Shown here: one piece after another, positions 8,640-17,184 of the stretch | Position numbering within the stretch: the stretch's first letter is position 1 | Layout of the letters: each line of letters starts with the position of its first letter | Assembly: GCA_014728035.1 (NCBI GenBank) | Contig: WJMJ01000032.1 | Location: 1 to 34,517 of the forward strand | Origin: Promethearchaeota archaeon | Lineage (GTDB): Archaea > Asgardarchaeota > Thorarchaeia > Thorarchaeales > Thorarchaeaceae | Length of the DNA: 34,517 nucleotides | Direction of reading: 5' to 3' | The notes under the pieces: generated by a model | The model's database searches: none | What the model was told of the DNA's origin: nothing | Seen by the model: the letters and a program-made list of their open reading frames with translations, nothing else | Position numbers and translations under genes: made by a program

Positions 8640-11318
8640 ATGTCACAGAAACGACCTAACAGTTTTGATTTGGATATGATTCTACATACAATTGCTCAGG
8701 TATGTGACCATGGCATAATAGCTTTTGAAAACGATAAGATGATATTTTGGGCTGAACAAATAGAATTAATTCTGGAATCATCAATCTTATCACAAAGCAC
8801 CTCCCTCCATGAATTTCTTGAACATATTGGAATGAACAATTCTGACTTTTCTGAAGCTTGTTACGCAAGCAAGTCTTCAGGATATTTTCAATTCAAAAAT
8901 CCTGTCGATTCTGCTGACTTGAAAATTAGTACAAGAGTCTTTGAGTATGGGTCTCGAAACATCCTAGTCATCAAAATTGATCGGAATGAGTACGACCTGT
9001 TTGAAACACAAAAACTCAGAAGCAAACTTGCTTTAGAGCGTCTTTCTGCGCTAATTGGTGGATTAGTTGAATCACCTATTGAGTTAGATTCTTCACTCTC
9101 GGAAGTCATCCGTGAGATTGGCAAGAGTCTCGGAATGGATAGAGTCTTCATTTTTATGCTTCACAATAAAGGACAATTACTATCCAGAACACATGCATGG
9201 TATGCTCCTGATATCAAGCATTCAGAGAATCCATACCAGGAATTGAATCCCGATGACTTTCCATTTTTCTATCGAGTATTGATAAATGGAGAAATTATCC
9301 AACTTGATACTCTTGATGATATTCCATCGGATGCGAAAAAAGAGAAGCAGTTACTTGAACTTGAATCTGTTAAATCATTACTTGTAATTCCTGTTTTTAT
9401 GATTGACAAACCTACTGGTGTTATCTCTTTAGGAACCATAAAGGAATCTCATAAATGGACCCATGAGGAGGTAGAATTTCTAGAATCTTGTAGTCAGCTT
9501 ATTGGAAAAGCACTATCAAAGAGAAAAACCGATACTTCTCTTCGACTTGCTCAATTCTCATTTGATAATGCTCCAGATCCAGTCATATTGTTAGATATGG
9601 AAGGCAATCTTGTATACGTGAATGATGCATATTGTGAATTATTGGGTTATCCTTCTGAAGAATTATTACAGATGAAAATTCAGCAAATTGATCCAAATTA
9701 TACGGACGACGTATGGAAGCAGCACTGGGATGATTTGATTGAATCCGGTTGGGTTCGTTTTGAAACTTACAATATTTCAAAGTCTGGTTTGGAGATACCA
9801 GTTGAGGTTAGTGTAAATTATTTAGAATTTGGTGGAACTGAATACAACTGTGCATTTCTTCGTGATATCACAGAGCGGAAAGCTGCAAAAGAACAATTAG
9901 ATTCAGAACGCTTTCAACTACTTTCTATTTTTGATGGTATTAATGAGATGATTTATGTTTCCGATCCTGATACATACGAATTAGTTTTTGCGAATCAATA
10001 CACACTAGAACTGATTGAACATGAGAGTGTGAATGGTAAATGTTACAAGGCATTATTTGGATTCGATGAACCTTGTTCATTTTGTACTATTGATACATTG
10101 TCAACACTTGGAAACCAGCCATTCTATTATCAATATTCAAATCCTATTTTTAAGAAAGATTTTGTAGTTCATGATAGATTGATTGAATGGCCAGATGAAA
10201 GGACCGCAAAATTCACTCTAGCTATTGACATCACTCAAGGGCGTGCAGCGGAACGTGCACTTCGAGCAAGCGAAGAGCGATATAGAAGAATGGCTGAAAC
10301 GATTCGAGATGGGCTAACTATTGTAGAAGATAAACGTGTGGTCTATGTAAATAATCGTCTTGTTGAGATTACCGGATACTCTAAAGAAGAACTCATGAAT
10401 ATGAAAGGATTTGATCTAGCAGCCCCTGAAGAAATTGAACAGCTGAAACAGCTTACTCGGACAAGCAGTTCTGTAACCATTAGACCTAATCAGTTAGATT
10501 TCTGGATTGTTAGAAAGGATGGGATTCGGAGATTCATTAGTAACCGGTACTCGTATCATGAAAAGGATGGCCATTCCTATCGTTACATAGTGACTACAGA
10601 TTTGACGGAACGGAAATTAGCTGAAGATCAATTAATGGAAGCTAGAGCTAGAGCAGAGTTTTTCAATGATTTGATGGCTCACGATCTCAATAACATGCAT
10701 CAGGGTATACTAACAGCTTTAGAATTGGTGCTTATGCATTCTGATACTCCGGATGCGATACGCGATATCCTAGAATCAGCTCATGATCAGGTTCAAAGAA
10801 GCGTTGCTCTTATTGCTAATGTTAAGAAATTCACAAAGATAACTGATGAGGCCATTCAGTTGACTAGACTGGACTTACATCATGCAATCCTTGAATCAAT
10901 TGAACAAGTTCGCAATAGTTTTCCAACTCGAAAAATAACGCTTAACACCAGTACTATGAAAAGCTCGCATTATGTCTTGGCAGACGAATTTTTGGTTGAT
11001 CTCTTTTACAATCTCTTTCATAATAGCGTGAAGGTTGCACCAGAAGAAAGAGTAATTTTGGACGTAAGTGTTAGGTGGTCGCAATCCCGTGACTTCTTAG
11101 AAGTGTCAATTTCGGATCATGGCCCAGGTATTAGTCCTGAAAGAAAGGAAACTCTATTTTCTCGATACCAGGACTCCGACCAACAAGGTTCAGGTATTGG
11201 TCTTACACTTGTTCGAAGGATCGTCGAACATTATGGCGGTAAAATTCGAGTTGCTGATAGAGTTATTGGAGATTATAGAAAAGGAGCATCTTTCAAAGTT
11301 CTACTACCAGCAGCTTAG
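8640..11318 (+). CDS. Soluble GAF + multi-PAS sensor histidine kinase
   Basis: GAF domain (SLGMDRVFIF..SLLVIPV..GVISL), three clear PAS/PAC domains ending RDITERK/IDIT/TDLTERK, H-box AHDLNN, N-box NLFHNSVK, G1 DHGPGI and G2 GSGIGL. GGAGG RBS. Confidence 0.95.
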   Translation: MSQKRPNSFDLDMILHTIAQVCDHGIIAFENDKMIFWAEQIELILESSILSQSTSLHEFLEHIGMNNSDFSEACYASKSSGYFQFKNPVDSADLKISTRVFEYGSRNILVIKIDRNEYDLFETQKLRSKLALERLSALIGGLVESPIELDSSLSEVIREIGKSLGMDRVFIFMLHNKGQLLSRTHAWYAPDIKHSENPYQELNPDDFPFFYRVLINGEIIQLDTLDDIPSDAKKEKQLLELESVKSLLVIPVFMIDKPTGVISLGTIKESHKWTHEEVEFLESCSQLIGKALSKRKTDTSLRLAQFSFDNAPDPVILLDMEGNLVYVNDAYCELLGYPSEELLQMKIQQIDPNYTDDVWKQHWDDLIESGWVRFETYNISKSGLEIPVEVSVNYLEFGGTEYNCAFLRDITERKAAKEQLDSERFQLLSIFDGINEMIYVSDPDTYELVFANQYTLELIEHESVNGKCYKALFGFDEPCSFCTIDTLSTLGNQPFYYQYSNPIFKKDFVVHDRLIEWPDERTAKFTLAIDITQGRAAERALRASEERYRRMAETIRDGLTIVEDKRVVYVNNRLVEITGYSKEELMNMKGFDLAAPEEIEQLKQLTRTSSSVTIRPNQLDFWIVRKDGIRRFISNRYSYHEKDGHSYRYIVTTDLTERKLAEDQLMEARARAEFFNDLMAHDLNNMHQGILTALELVLMHSDTPDAIRDILESAHDQVQRSVALIANVKKFTKITDEAIQLTRLDLHHAILESIEQVRNSFPTRKITLNTSTMKSSHYVLADEFLVDLFYNLFHNSVKVAPEERVILDVSVRWSQSRDFLEVSISDHGPGISPERKETLFSRYQDSDQQGSGIGLTLVRRIVEHYGGKIRVADRVIGDYRKGASFKVLLPAA

Positions 11319-11320
11319 AT

Positions 11321-11881
11321 TCAATCCGTCCAATCCTCTTTCAATCGTATTTCCCATCTGCAATATTCATGCCCTTGTGCTATACACTGCAATTCACGTG
11401 CTTCGGTTTCAGCTCCGATGAATACGCTACTATAACCTTTAGCATATCCAACAAGCAAAGAACAAACAGGCTCTTTACTTTGGCCTAGTTGATCTAACCA
11501 TTGTTCCGCATAGAATGAATTTTCCCACCGACCACTCATTAAGAAGGTAGGTCTGGACCGATCAAAACGTACTTTTTCTGGAACTGCATGTACAATTCCT
11601 TCCCAGCTATGCATAGCTGGACCTAGAGTTATCCAATCCATTTCAGATTCTGGGGCGAAATCTCGTTTGAGCGTTTCAGCGTCTTTTCTACCTGAAGCCT
11701 CACCGAGTTCGAACATATATTCATCTAGAACTTCTTTTCCCATTGTGGATGTTATCATTCGAATCAACCTACCCATAGAATCCGCAGGTAGAATCACCAT
11801 TCTTTGACTACCTAATTTCAGAATGCCCTCTTCTGGAATAAACTCGAGCAATTCTTTGAGATTCAAGTCATAAACTCTGAT
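11321..11881 (-). CDS. Standalone XylR_N/V4R domain protein (paralog 2); start either TTG at 11866 or ATC at 11881
   Basis: Roughly half of positions are identical to 7225-7782 by eye (DAETLKRDF, GPA.HS.EGIVHA, WENSF.AEQWLD, PVC, EARE..CIA.G...CR.EIR). Homology continues upstream of the TTG. Confidence 0.9.
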   Translation of the reverse strand: MRVYDLNLKELLEFIPEEGILKLGSQRMVILPADSMGRLIRMITSTMGKEVLDEYMFELGEASGRKDAETLKRDFAPESEMDWITLGPAMHSWEGIVHAVPEKVRFDRSRPTFLMSGRWENSFYAEQWLDQLGQSKEPVCSLLVGYAKGYSSVFIGAETEARELQCIAQGHEYCRWEIRLKEDWTD

Positions 11882-11970
11882 TTCGGATACCTCCCATCGG
11901 GTATGTGCAAATTAGCAGTTCAACTTCATTATATTGTGTTTCTAATAATTTTAAAGGTTGACTATAAGAA

Positions 11971-14640
11971 TTACCTATCCGCAACACGGAATGTTGCAAT
12001 CATAACTCTCATTCCTTCAAAATTACCTAGTTCCAAATTCAATTGTGCTGGAATTTCTTTACCTGAAGAAAGTTTAATGGCGATTTGTAAATCCCTAACA
12101 TGTTTTTCCTTGTACCATACTTTCAGAACATCTTGGTATTTCGAAGGCGATGAAAAGAATTGGTGCATTTTCAATTCACGAATTTCTTTTTCCGAGTAAC
12201 CAAATAGCTCTTTGAAAGCTTCATTGACTTCGCGAACCACGCCATCGTAACCTGCAACAATCATAGCTACCGGAGATGCATTGAAAATTGTCTTGAATTT
12301 GTGTTCACTTTGTACCTTTTTCCTTTCTGTCATTTTTTGGTGCGATATATCTCTGACAACCGCAACAAATCCTGATGGGTTATTTTCTACGTCTCGAACC
12401 AATGAGATATTTACAAGAGCTGGAAATTCTGATCCATCTTTTCTTAATAACTGATATTCGATAGATTTGATTGTATCCTCAGCGAGCAATCTTTGTCTGT
12501 TCTCCAAAGCTCTATCTCTATCTTCCTCAACAATCAATTCCGTAGATTGCAATCCAATCATCTCCTCTGGAGAAGTAAAACCATGCAAAACAGCTAACTG
12601 TTTGTTTACGAGAAGATACTCGCTATTCAGGTTCAATAAAGCAATTGCATCTGGATTTGTATTTACTACAATTCGGTATTTTTCTTCCAGCTCACGCCAT
12701 TCGTTTTGCTCTCTTTTCTCTTCTGTTATGTCTCTTATTAATCCAAACATACGTTTGGGATTACCAAGTTCATCCTTCATTACCCATGCATGTATTTCAA
12801 TGGGAATTACCCTCCCATCTTTTCTGATGTATTCCTTTTCGTATCTTTTTCCTATTCCAGTTGCAATCATTTCGTTTACAATCTCTTCTTCAAAATCAGC
12901 CCATCTCTTTGGCGTAAATTCTTGATATTGTTTCTCTCTAAGTTCTTCCAGAGTATAACCCAGCATATCTAAATATGCTTGATTAGCGTTCTCTATAAAT
13001 CCATCAAGAGATGCATATACTATCCCATATCTTATTGTGTCAAATATGTTATGAAAGACTTCTTCTGAATTTCTCAGCGCTTCTTTTTGTTCACGTCTAA
13101 GTGTAATATCCTCGACAATTCCCACCAGATACTTCTGATCAATTCCTGGTTCATCCATTAGGGAAATTGTTGTTCTCCCCCAGAATTTAGAGCCATCCTT
13201 ACGAATGAACTTTTTATCAATTTGAAAACTATCACGCTTTTCCTCTAGAATTTCTTGAAGGATTGGAATTTCTTTCTTCATATCTTCGGGGTCTGTGATA
13301 TCATTAATTCTTAGTTTTGTAAGTTCTTCTTCAGTGTATCCAAGCATATCTAGGAAGGTAGAGTTCCCACCATCTAGTTCTCTGTCTTGATTTGCGTATC
13401 CAATCCCTATCCCTGCTTCTGCGAAAATATTCCGATATAACTGTTCACTAGCTTTCAAGCTTTCTTCTGCTTTTCTTTTCTCAGTTACGTCTATAGCATG
13501 AACTATGTATTCACTGATATCTGTACCATTTGGATTCGTCTTGGGTGCAATATAGACATCAACCCAAATTTCTCCTTGTCTATTGGATTTAAAATATCTA
13601 TCACGGACACGATCAAAACGAATACGATGAGAAACGTGTTGGATATTCCCCCTTCTGAGATCTGAAATGACAGTATTGTCTAAATCTAATTCTTCAAAAA
13701 TCCTATAGCTTCGTAGTTCTTCGACTGAGTCAATACCAAGTAAGTCAAGTGCTGCAGAATTTGCTCTGGTAATTTTCCCTAACGAATCTAACAAAAAAAT
13801 TGATGTGGGAGATTTCTCGAAGACACTTCGGAATTTTTGTTCGCTCTCTCGTAGATTCCTTTTTGCTTGATATTTTTCTGTTAGGTTTCGAAGATACCAA
13901 ACTACACCTGTTAATTTTTTCTCATGAGAAATACTTGTTGCACTCAATTCAATTGGTATCAAGTTGCCTTTTGGTTGAACTAAAGTTATCTCTTGATATG
14001 TTATTGGCTGGCCATTCTCAATTTTTTCAATATATGTGAATAGAAGTTCTTGCTGTTGGGGATGGACTAAATCTGTCATTTGTATTTCCAGGGCTTCTTT
14101 CTCTTCTGATAACCCAAAGAGTGATAGTGCCTGTTTGTTTGTCATGAGAATATTTAGTGAGGAATCTGTAAGAATAACTCCATCAGGTGTTGCATGGACC
14201 AAAGCCTGATACAATTCGTGTTTCTCTCGAAGCTCTTCTTCTGCTTTTTTCCTTAGTGTGATGTCAGTTACTATCACTATTGTGGAGGTGTGTTTATGGT
14301 CGTTATCAAAAAATGGTCTAGCTGATACAATGGTAGGTACACATTCTTCACCTCTCGATGTCCATGACCATTCACTATGGGTGCTTGTCCCTTTTTCCCA
14401 TTTCTTTATGTCTTTTACATATACATCTTCTGAGCAATCACAAAGCAAATCTGTTAGATTCATATTCATAGGAATTTCGAAATCTAGTCCTAACATTGAA
14501 GGAAATAGATTATTGTATGATTTGATTTTTCCATCAGGTGATACTATAACAATTGCATCACTTATCAGATTCAAAAACGAGGTATGACTGTATGGAAATT
14601 CTTCTAACGGATAAAACGGACCATCACTATTTTCACTCAT
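11971..14640 (-). CDS. Tandem 7x PAS/PAC domain protein with no output domain
   Basis: Seven PAS repeats, six ending in DIT/NLT/DVT/DIS-type caps plus coiled linkers (e.g. TDITLRKKAEEEL, IDVTEKRKAEESL). The protein ends at the last strand of PAS7. Confidence 0.9.
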   Translation of the reverse strand: MSENSDGPFYPLEEFPYSHTSFLNLISDAIVIVSPDGKIKSYNNLFPSMLGLDFEIPMNMNLTDLLCDCSEDVYVKDIKKWEKGTSTHSEWSWTSRGEECVPTIVSARPFFDNDHKHTSTIVIVTDITLRKKAEEELREKHELYQALVHATPDGVILTDSSLNILMTNKQALSLFGLSEEKEALEIQMTDLVHPQQQELLFTYIEKIENGQPITYQEITLVQPKGNLIPIELSATSISHEKKLTGVVWYLRNLTEKYQAKRNLRESEQKFRSVFEKSPTSIFLLDSLGKITRANSAALDLLGIDSVEELRSYRIFEELDLDNTVISDLRRGNIQHVSHRIRFDRVRDRYFKSNRQGEIWVDVYIAPKTNPNGTDISEYIVHAIDVTEKRKAEESLKASEQLYRNIFAEAGIGIGYANQDRELDGGNSTFLDMLGYTEEELTKLRINDITDPEDMKKEIPILQEILEEKRDSFQIDKKFIRKDGSKFWGRTTISLMDEPGIDQKYLVGIVEDITLRREQKEALRNSEEVFHNIFDTIRYGIVYASLDGFIENANQAYLDMLGYTLEELREKQYQEFTPKRWADFEEEIVNEMIATGIGKRYEKEYIRKDGRVIPIEIHAWVMKDELGNPKRMFGLIRDITEEKREQNEWRELEEKYRIVVNTNPDAIALLNLNSEYLLVNKQLAVLHGFTSPEEMIGLQSTELIVEEDRDRALENRQRLLAEDTIKSIEYQLLRKDGSEFPALVNISLVRDVENNPSGFVAVVRDISHQKMTERKKVQSEHKFKTIFNASPVAMIVAGYDGVVREVNEAFKELFGYSEKEIRELKMHQFFSSPSKYQDVLKVWYKEKHVRDLQIAIKLSSGKEIPAQLNLELGNFEGMRVMIATFRVADR

Positions 14641-14738
14641 AAATCAGTCCCCATTATATTTTCTCTAAAATTATGATTTAACATGCTTAATACAATATGG
14701 TTTGTCTTGAAATAAATAATTACTTCTGTTGAATATAG

Positions 14739-14763
14739 AAAAAAAGGAGCTACTAGGAGCTCC
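14739..14763 (-). terminator. Hairpin plus T-tract terminator of the 17008-14775 operon
   Basis: GGAGCT-actagg-AGCTCC stem directly followed on the - strand by T7, 11 nt after the stop. Confidence 0.7.
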
Positions 14764-14774
14764 ATTGATTCTTC

Positions 14775-15773
14775 TTATGATGGCAGTCTATTCATCAAAG
14801 CAAAATAGACATAGAATACCGGAACTTGGAATATCACAAGCATAGGCATGTATGTCTTTATGATTTGCTCAAAACCTCCCAAGAATTCTCCAAAGAAGGC
14901 TACAATGAAACTAGAACCCAATACCAGTGCTGTTGCTACTGACACGATAGTCTTCATAAATCGAACTTGACTAGCTGTGATACCCCCAAGTGCGGGTTCC
15001 CTTGAAACATATCTAAATTTCTCAACAGATTGTGTATCCGCCTCAAATTTAGGAATTAGATTTCCATTTTCATCAAAGAGGTTTGCAAACTCGATGGATA
15101 TCTCCCTATCTCCTATTGCAATCGGAACTAATTGAACCATAATTGTATCTTCTTCACCTGCTGCTAGAGCTAGATCAACACTAGATGGAGAAACATGGTC
15201 CATAGAGTGGAATCTAATTCTGATTCCTTCACTGTTTGAAATATTTCGGACCTTTATTGTCAAAGCAGTTGCCCGATATTGTACAAAAGGTTGGTTTATT
15301 TCGATATCTATGATTCCTTTTCCTGAATCCACTGATGAACGATATTCATCTCCAATTTTTTCATCTTCTTTCTTTTTCAGAAATGGCTTGATAATCACAT
15401 ATCCAATGGTAATCAATATTAAGAACCCAACCACGATTCCCATCAGAATCGCAAAAGTCGTCCGGATATCAGAGTTCACGTCTTGCATAAAGTATACATA
15501 GACAATAGCTACACTAGTTGAAAGCATCAACAGATTAAGGATAAGACCCATATACCCCTTCTGAAATTGCTCTTCAGTTTCAGGCTCTTCGTTATCTTTG
15601 ATACTTGGAATCCTCTTCTGCTTATGCTCTTTCTCAGCATCAGTAGCTATGATTCTTGGTTCTTCTCCGTCAGTTGTTTGTTCGATATTATCTTCAGTTA
15701 CTGAAATGGAATCATCAGTATCTGGACTAGTTGTATCTTCTTCCCAACTCTCATGATCTTCTTCGAAACTCAT
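14775..15773 (-). CDS. Membrane protein: acidic disordered N-terminus, 2 TM, Ig-like beta-sandwich, 2 TM
   Basis: D/E/T-rich first 70 aa and two hydrophobic helix pairs flanking a beta-rich domain (LTIKVRNI..DHVSP..LAAGEEDTIMVQLVP). ATG overlaps the upstream TAA (TAATG). Confidence 0.8.
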   Translation of the reverse strand: MSFEEDHESWEEDTTSPDTDDSISVTEDNIEQTTDGEEPRIIATDAEKEHKQKRIPSIKDNEEPETEEQFQKGYMGLILNLLMLSTSVAIVYVYFMQDVNSDIRTTFAILMGIVVGFLILITIGYVIIKPFLKKKEDEKIGDEYRSSVDSGKGIIDIEINQPFVQYRATALTIKVRNISNSEGIRIRFHSMDHVSPSSVDLALAAGEEDTIMVQLVPIAIGDREISIEFANLFDENGNLIPKFEADTQSVEKFRYVSREPALGGITASQVRFMKTIVSVATALVLGSSFIVAFFGEFLGGFEQIIKTYMPMLVIFQVPVFYVYFALMNRLPS

Positions 15774-17008
15774 TAGAACGCCTCCATTTGTCTACGCCTA
15801 TAGATGAAATACATCAATACAAAGACGATTTCTGCCACGACCACTCCTAGGGTTACTAAGAACGGTGCAGTTCCCGTACCAACAAGGATACTCTGCATTC
15901 CACGTATGATACCTATTATGAGAGCTAATATTCCCACAATGGAAATTAGTACTTTTATTCTGCGGTTACTTGGCATGAATACTTTGTATGCATACTCGAA
16001 AGCAAATTGTTGGTCTTTTTCAAATACCTCTCGAAGTACTTGGCTATTATCAACCCAAGGTCTTACGACAAGACGGACTACACGATGCGCATCATCAAAT
16101 GGGTAGAATTGCAAGTCTATCACATCAATACTTCCCGGATCCATCAATTCTGTATAGAACACATTGGGATCCACATGGTCTTGAGCTACCATCTCGATTC
16201 GGAATCTCATGGGTCTGTCCAGTAGATTCTTCAAACGTATTCTAACGGTAGACCATCTTCTTAGAACAAAACCCTTTCCTTGCTCAGTGAATTCAAGTAT
16301 CTCTACTGGAGGATTTGGTGTCATTGTAACTGGTGCTAGTACTCTGGAAGCTCTGAGATCAGCATTATAATTACGTACTCTTCTTCTCTCAACATACATC
16401 AGAATGAACTGAAGCGGAATCATTGACATTAGCAAAACTACGCCATTGCCAGTAATTATTATCCCTGCCAGAGACGCCCCTGTTGTAAATAGCTCGCCAG
16501 TTGTAAAACTTCCAGTCAGTAAATCATCAAATCCTACATATGTAAGAAAGAATCTTCCAAATCCAATCATTGTTCCTGTTATCACCGAAAGACCAAACAC
16601 CGAAGCAAAAGTGTTCTTTATACTAAGTATCAATCTATTAAATGTGAATATCTCATCTTTTTCCTGCATTGTGATTCTCTTTGATAAAAGACCCACAGTT
16701 GCTCCACCTATCATGTTTGCAAAGAATCCTAGAACATGACGGGCTGCAAGACCCTCATTGGATAGAACCACTTTTTCGAAAATATCAAGAAGCAAGTTCC
16801 CAAAACCAGCACCTAGGCCTCCAATAATGGGCCCAAATACGATTGATGCATAAGCGGGTACCATGATTATGATTCGTTCCTCATGTGGAAAGAGTTCAGC
16901 TGCACCTTCCAACAAAAAAGCATTCAAAGAATAGATGATTGCTACAAGGACAATGACTATCCAATCAAAGACCTTGGTCTTTTCTTCTTCAAAAGCGACT
17001 TGACTCAT
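15773..17008 (-). CDS. ECF S-component-like membrane domain fused to an Ig-like domain and 2 further TM helices
   Basis: The N-terminal region has the S-component signature SIVFGPIIGGLGAGFGNLLLD. It is followed by a soluble beta domain (VRIRLKNL..DHVDP..MDPGSIDVIDLQFYP) and two C-terminal TMs ending YRRR. Confidence 0.75.
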   Translation of the reverse strand: MSQVAFEEEKTKVFDWIVIVLVAIIYSLNAFLLEGAAELFPHEERIIIMVPAYASIVFGPIIGGLGAGFGNLLLDIFEKVVLSNEGLAARHVLGFFANMIGGATVGLLSKRITMQEKDEIFTFNRLILSIKNTFASVFGLSVITGTMIGFGRFFLTYVGFDDLLTGSFTTGELFTTGASLAGIIITGNGVVLLMSMIPLQFILMYVERRRVRNYNADLRASRVLAPVTMTPNPPVEILEFTEQGKGFVLRRWSTVRIRLKNLLDRPMRFRIEMVAQDHVDPNVFYTELMDPGSIDVIDLQFYPFDDAHRVVRLVVRPWVDNSQVLREVFEKDQQFAFEYAYKVFMPSNRRIKVLISIVGILALIIGIIRGMQSILVGTGTAPFLVTLGVVVAEIVFVLMYFIYRRRQMEAF

Positions 17009-17184
17009 TTTTCGTACATCCTATATTGCGTCACTTTTCCAACATCTTATTCCTATTTAGACAAAGTTGCGGTATCCTCCCATAATGCGAGAAACAAGTT
17101 TCAAAATGTAGGAATCAAGCCATGACCATATCACTTTTATTGTAATCCTTCTCTACATAATATGTCCTCATATTAAATATGGAC

